A stretch of 62,170 nucleotides of DNA, filler included. It is 3 parts of 3 records of this genome, joined end to end, with 100 filler letters (N's around TTAATTAATTAA, not from the genome) between each part and the next. Parts side by side here need not be neighbours in the genome. Positions count along the whole stretch, not along the records: positions 54,535 to 62,170 come from SRR31156797_1890; 2 more parts are not named here. One strand, written 5' to 3'. This document shows positions 60,405 through 62,170 of the stretch, piece by piece; positions within the stretch are counted from its first letter, which is position 1, and every line of letters begins with the position of its first letter. The translations under genes were made by a program, and so were the position numbers. The notes beneath the pieces were generated by a model, which saw only the letters and a program-made list of their open reading frames with translations, was not told the origin of the DNA and searched no databases.

Positions 60405-62170
60405 ATGGATATAAATGTAAAGAATAAATCTATTGAGGAATTAATAGCCTTATCTGAGGATATTAGAAAAGTTTTGATAGATGTAGTAAGTAAAAATGGG
60501 GGACATCTTGGACCAAATCTGGGAGTAGTTGAACTTACTATAGCACTTCATAAAGTGTTTAATTCGCCAAAAGATAAAATTTTATGGGATGTAGGGCATC
60601 AGAGTTATGTACATAAAATTTTAACAGATAGATTGGATAGATTTCATACTATTAGACAAAAAGGTGGCTTGTCACCGTTTTGCGATAGAAATGAAAGTGA
60701 GCATGATCATTTTATTACAGGTCATGCCGGTAATATTATAGCTGCTGCTTCAGGAATCGCTGAAGCAAATAAAGATTCGAAAATTCTTGCAGTAGTTGGA
60801 GATGCCTCATTTGCTGTGGGAGAGAATCTGGAAGCCTTAAACATGATAGGCGGCGAAAAAAGGGAAAATGTTATTGTTATCTTAAACGATAATGAAATGT
60901 CTATCGGAAAAAATGTAGGTGCTTTATCTAAAACATTTAGAGTAATTCTTGATAGTAAATTCTATAATCGTTTGAAAAGAGATGTAGAAGGAACTTTAAG
61001 AAAAGGAAACTTTGGAAATAACCTTGCTGATATAATTAAGCGTTTAGAAGGATCGGTAAGACATTTTATAACTCCGGGTAGTGTATTGGAAATCCTTGGC
61101 ATGAGATATTTTGGACCGATTGATGGTCATAATTTCGAGAGTTTAATTCAAACACTTGAAGTAGCTAAAAATATTTCAGGACCTGTACTTATTCATGTCA
61201 AAACTGAAAAAGGTAGAGGTTATAAACCAGCACTTGATAATCCTGAAAAATTTCATGGAATAGCTCCATTTGATATAGAGACAGGAGAAGTAAAATCCAA
61301 AGGAGTATCTTATTCATCTATAGTTGGAAGAGCTTTGTGTAAGTTAGCTGAAGATGATAAAGATATATCAGCTATCTCTGCAGGAATGATTAAAGGAACA
61401 GGTTTAGTTGAATTTTTTAAGAAATATAAAAATAGAGCTTATGATGTAGGAATAGCTGAAGAGTATGCAGTAACATTTGCAGCTGCATTAGCTCTTGAAG
61501 GAAAAAAACCTTATGTTGCAATCTATTCAACTTTTTTACAAAGAGCGTTTGATCAAATGATGCACGATGTGGCTATTCAGAGAGCTCCTGTTAAGTTTTT
61601 AGTGGATAGAGCAGGAATAGTAGGGGCAGATGGTAAAACTCATCACGGTATGTATGATATTAGCTATTTATTAAGTATACCTAGAATGAATGTGGTGGCT
61701 CCGACGACTTGTATAGAATTAGTGGAAACTATTAAACTATCAAAAGATTATAATAGCGGACCATTGGCAATTAGATTTCCAAGAAATAATTGTTTTAGTA
61801 TGACAGCTAAAAAACAGGAGTTTAAAGTTGGAAAATGGTTTGAAGCTTTATCTGGAGAAAAAGATATAATAATCGCAACCGGAAGTATGTTAGAGCAGGT
61901 TTGTGAGGTAAAAGATGAATTAAAAGAAAAGGGACTTAATCCGACAATTGTTTCAGCAGCTTGGATAAGACCTTTTGATGAAGAATATGTATTAGAGAAC
62001 ATAAGTAAATATGATTATATACATGTATTGGAAGAAAATTCAGAAGTTAATGGTTTTGCATCAATGTTAATTAACTTCCTGAATGATAATGGAATAGCTA
62101 AGAGAATTAATAAAATTGGATTAAAGCATGACTTTATTGAGCATGCATCTAGAGATGAAATCTTATCTGA
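60405..62170 (+). CDS. dxs: 1-deoxy-D-xylulose-5-phosphate synthase (3' truncated by window end; not in ORF track)
   Basis: ATG 60405; GGHLGPNLGVVELT, WDVGHQSYVHKILT, LNDNEMSI, GPIDGH, YSTFLQRAFDQ, DRAGIVGADGKTHHG. Confidence 0.95.
   Translation, partial: MDINVKNKSIEELIALSEDIRKVLIDVVSKNGGHLGPNLGVVELTIALHKVFNSPKDKILWDVGHQSYVHKILTDRLDRFHTIRQKGGLSPFCDRNESEHDHFITGHAGNIIAAASGIAEANKDSKILAVVGDASFAVGENLEALNMIGGEKRENVIVILNDNEMSIGKNVGALSKTFRVILDSKFYNRLKRDVEGTLRKGNFGNNLADIIKRLEGSVRHFITPGSVLEILGMRYFGPIDGHNFESLIQTLEVAKNISGPVLIHVKTEKGRGYKPALDNPEKFHGIAPFDIETGEVKSKGVSYSSIVGRALCKLAEDDKDISAISAGMIKGTGLVEFFKKYKNRAYDVGIAEEYAVTFAAALALEGKKPYVAIYSTFLQRAFDQMMHDVAIQRAPVKFLVDRAGIVGADGKTHHGMYDISYLLSIPRMNVVAPTTCIELVETIKLSKDYNSGPLAIRFPRNNCFSMTAKKQEFKVGKWFEALSGEKDIIIATGSMLEQVCEVKDELKEKGLNPTIVSAAWIRPFDEEYVLENISKYDYIHVLEENSEVNGFASMLINFLNDNGIAKRINKIGLKHDFIEHASRDEILS

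Noticed and set aside
1-62170. CRISPR arrays, tRNA/rRNA genes, transposases, integrases, prophage genes
   Set aside because: None recognised: no regularly spaced direct repeats and no recombinase or phage motifs in any ORF.

Overview
The window is not one locus. It is three contigs joined by 100-bp linkers (N44-TTAATTAATTAA-N44 at 27521-27620 and 54435-54534), apparently from three different organisms; taxonomy is inferred from protein sequences and signals. Contig A (1-27520, Bacteroidota-like) holds a ~21-kb minus-strand acyl-CoA cluster: crotonase, 3-hydroxyacyl-CoA DH, SCP2-type thiolase, two ACADs, EtfAB, a split membrane Fe-S/CCG oxidoreductase, IcmF, methylcrotonyl-CoA-type carboxylase and hydratase, AtuA and a degenerate butyrate kinase. 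It continues with yebC, a secreted HEXXH protein and AraC/DHFR-like genes, and ends with a CdiI-like gene bracketed like an integron cassette. Contig B (27621-54434, Desulfobulbales-like) encodes a GGDEF protein, a RoxA-like dihaem cytochrome c/mini-catalase lipoprotein pair and a Bacteroidota-type TyrRS. It also holds a sigma54/AcoR acetoin-2,3-butanediol locus that has no E3 gene but has apparently co-regulated lipB-lipA-MBL and AhpD/CMD genes. Contig C (54535-62170, Fusobacteriota-like) reads mreD-mrdA-minC-rnj-yhbY-PAP2-dxs. The best leads are the E3-less aco regulon with an AhpD-like CxxC protein, an orphan MinC carrying a MinD-type membrane-targeting helix, the attC-like cassette with an orphan immunity gene, the dihaem/catalase lipoprotein pair, and the AtuA/IcmF cluster lacking HMG-CoA lyase.
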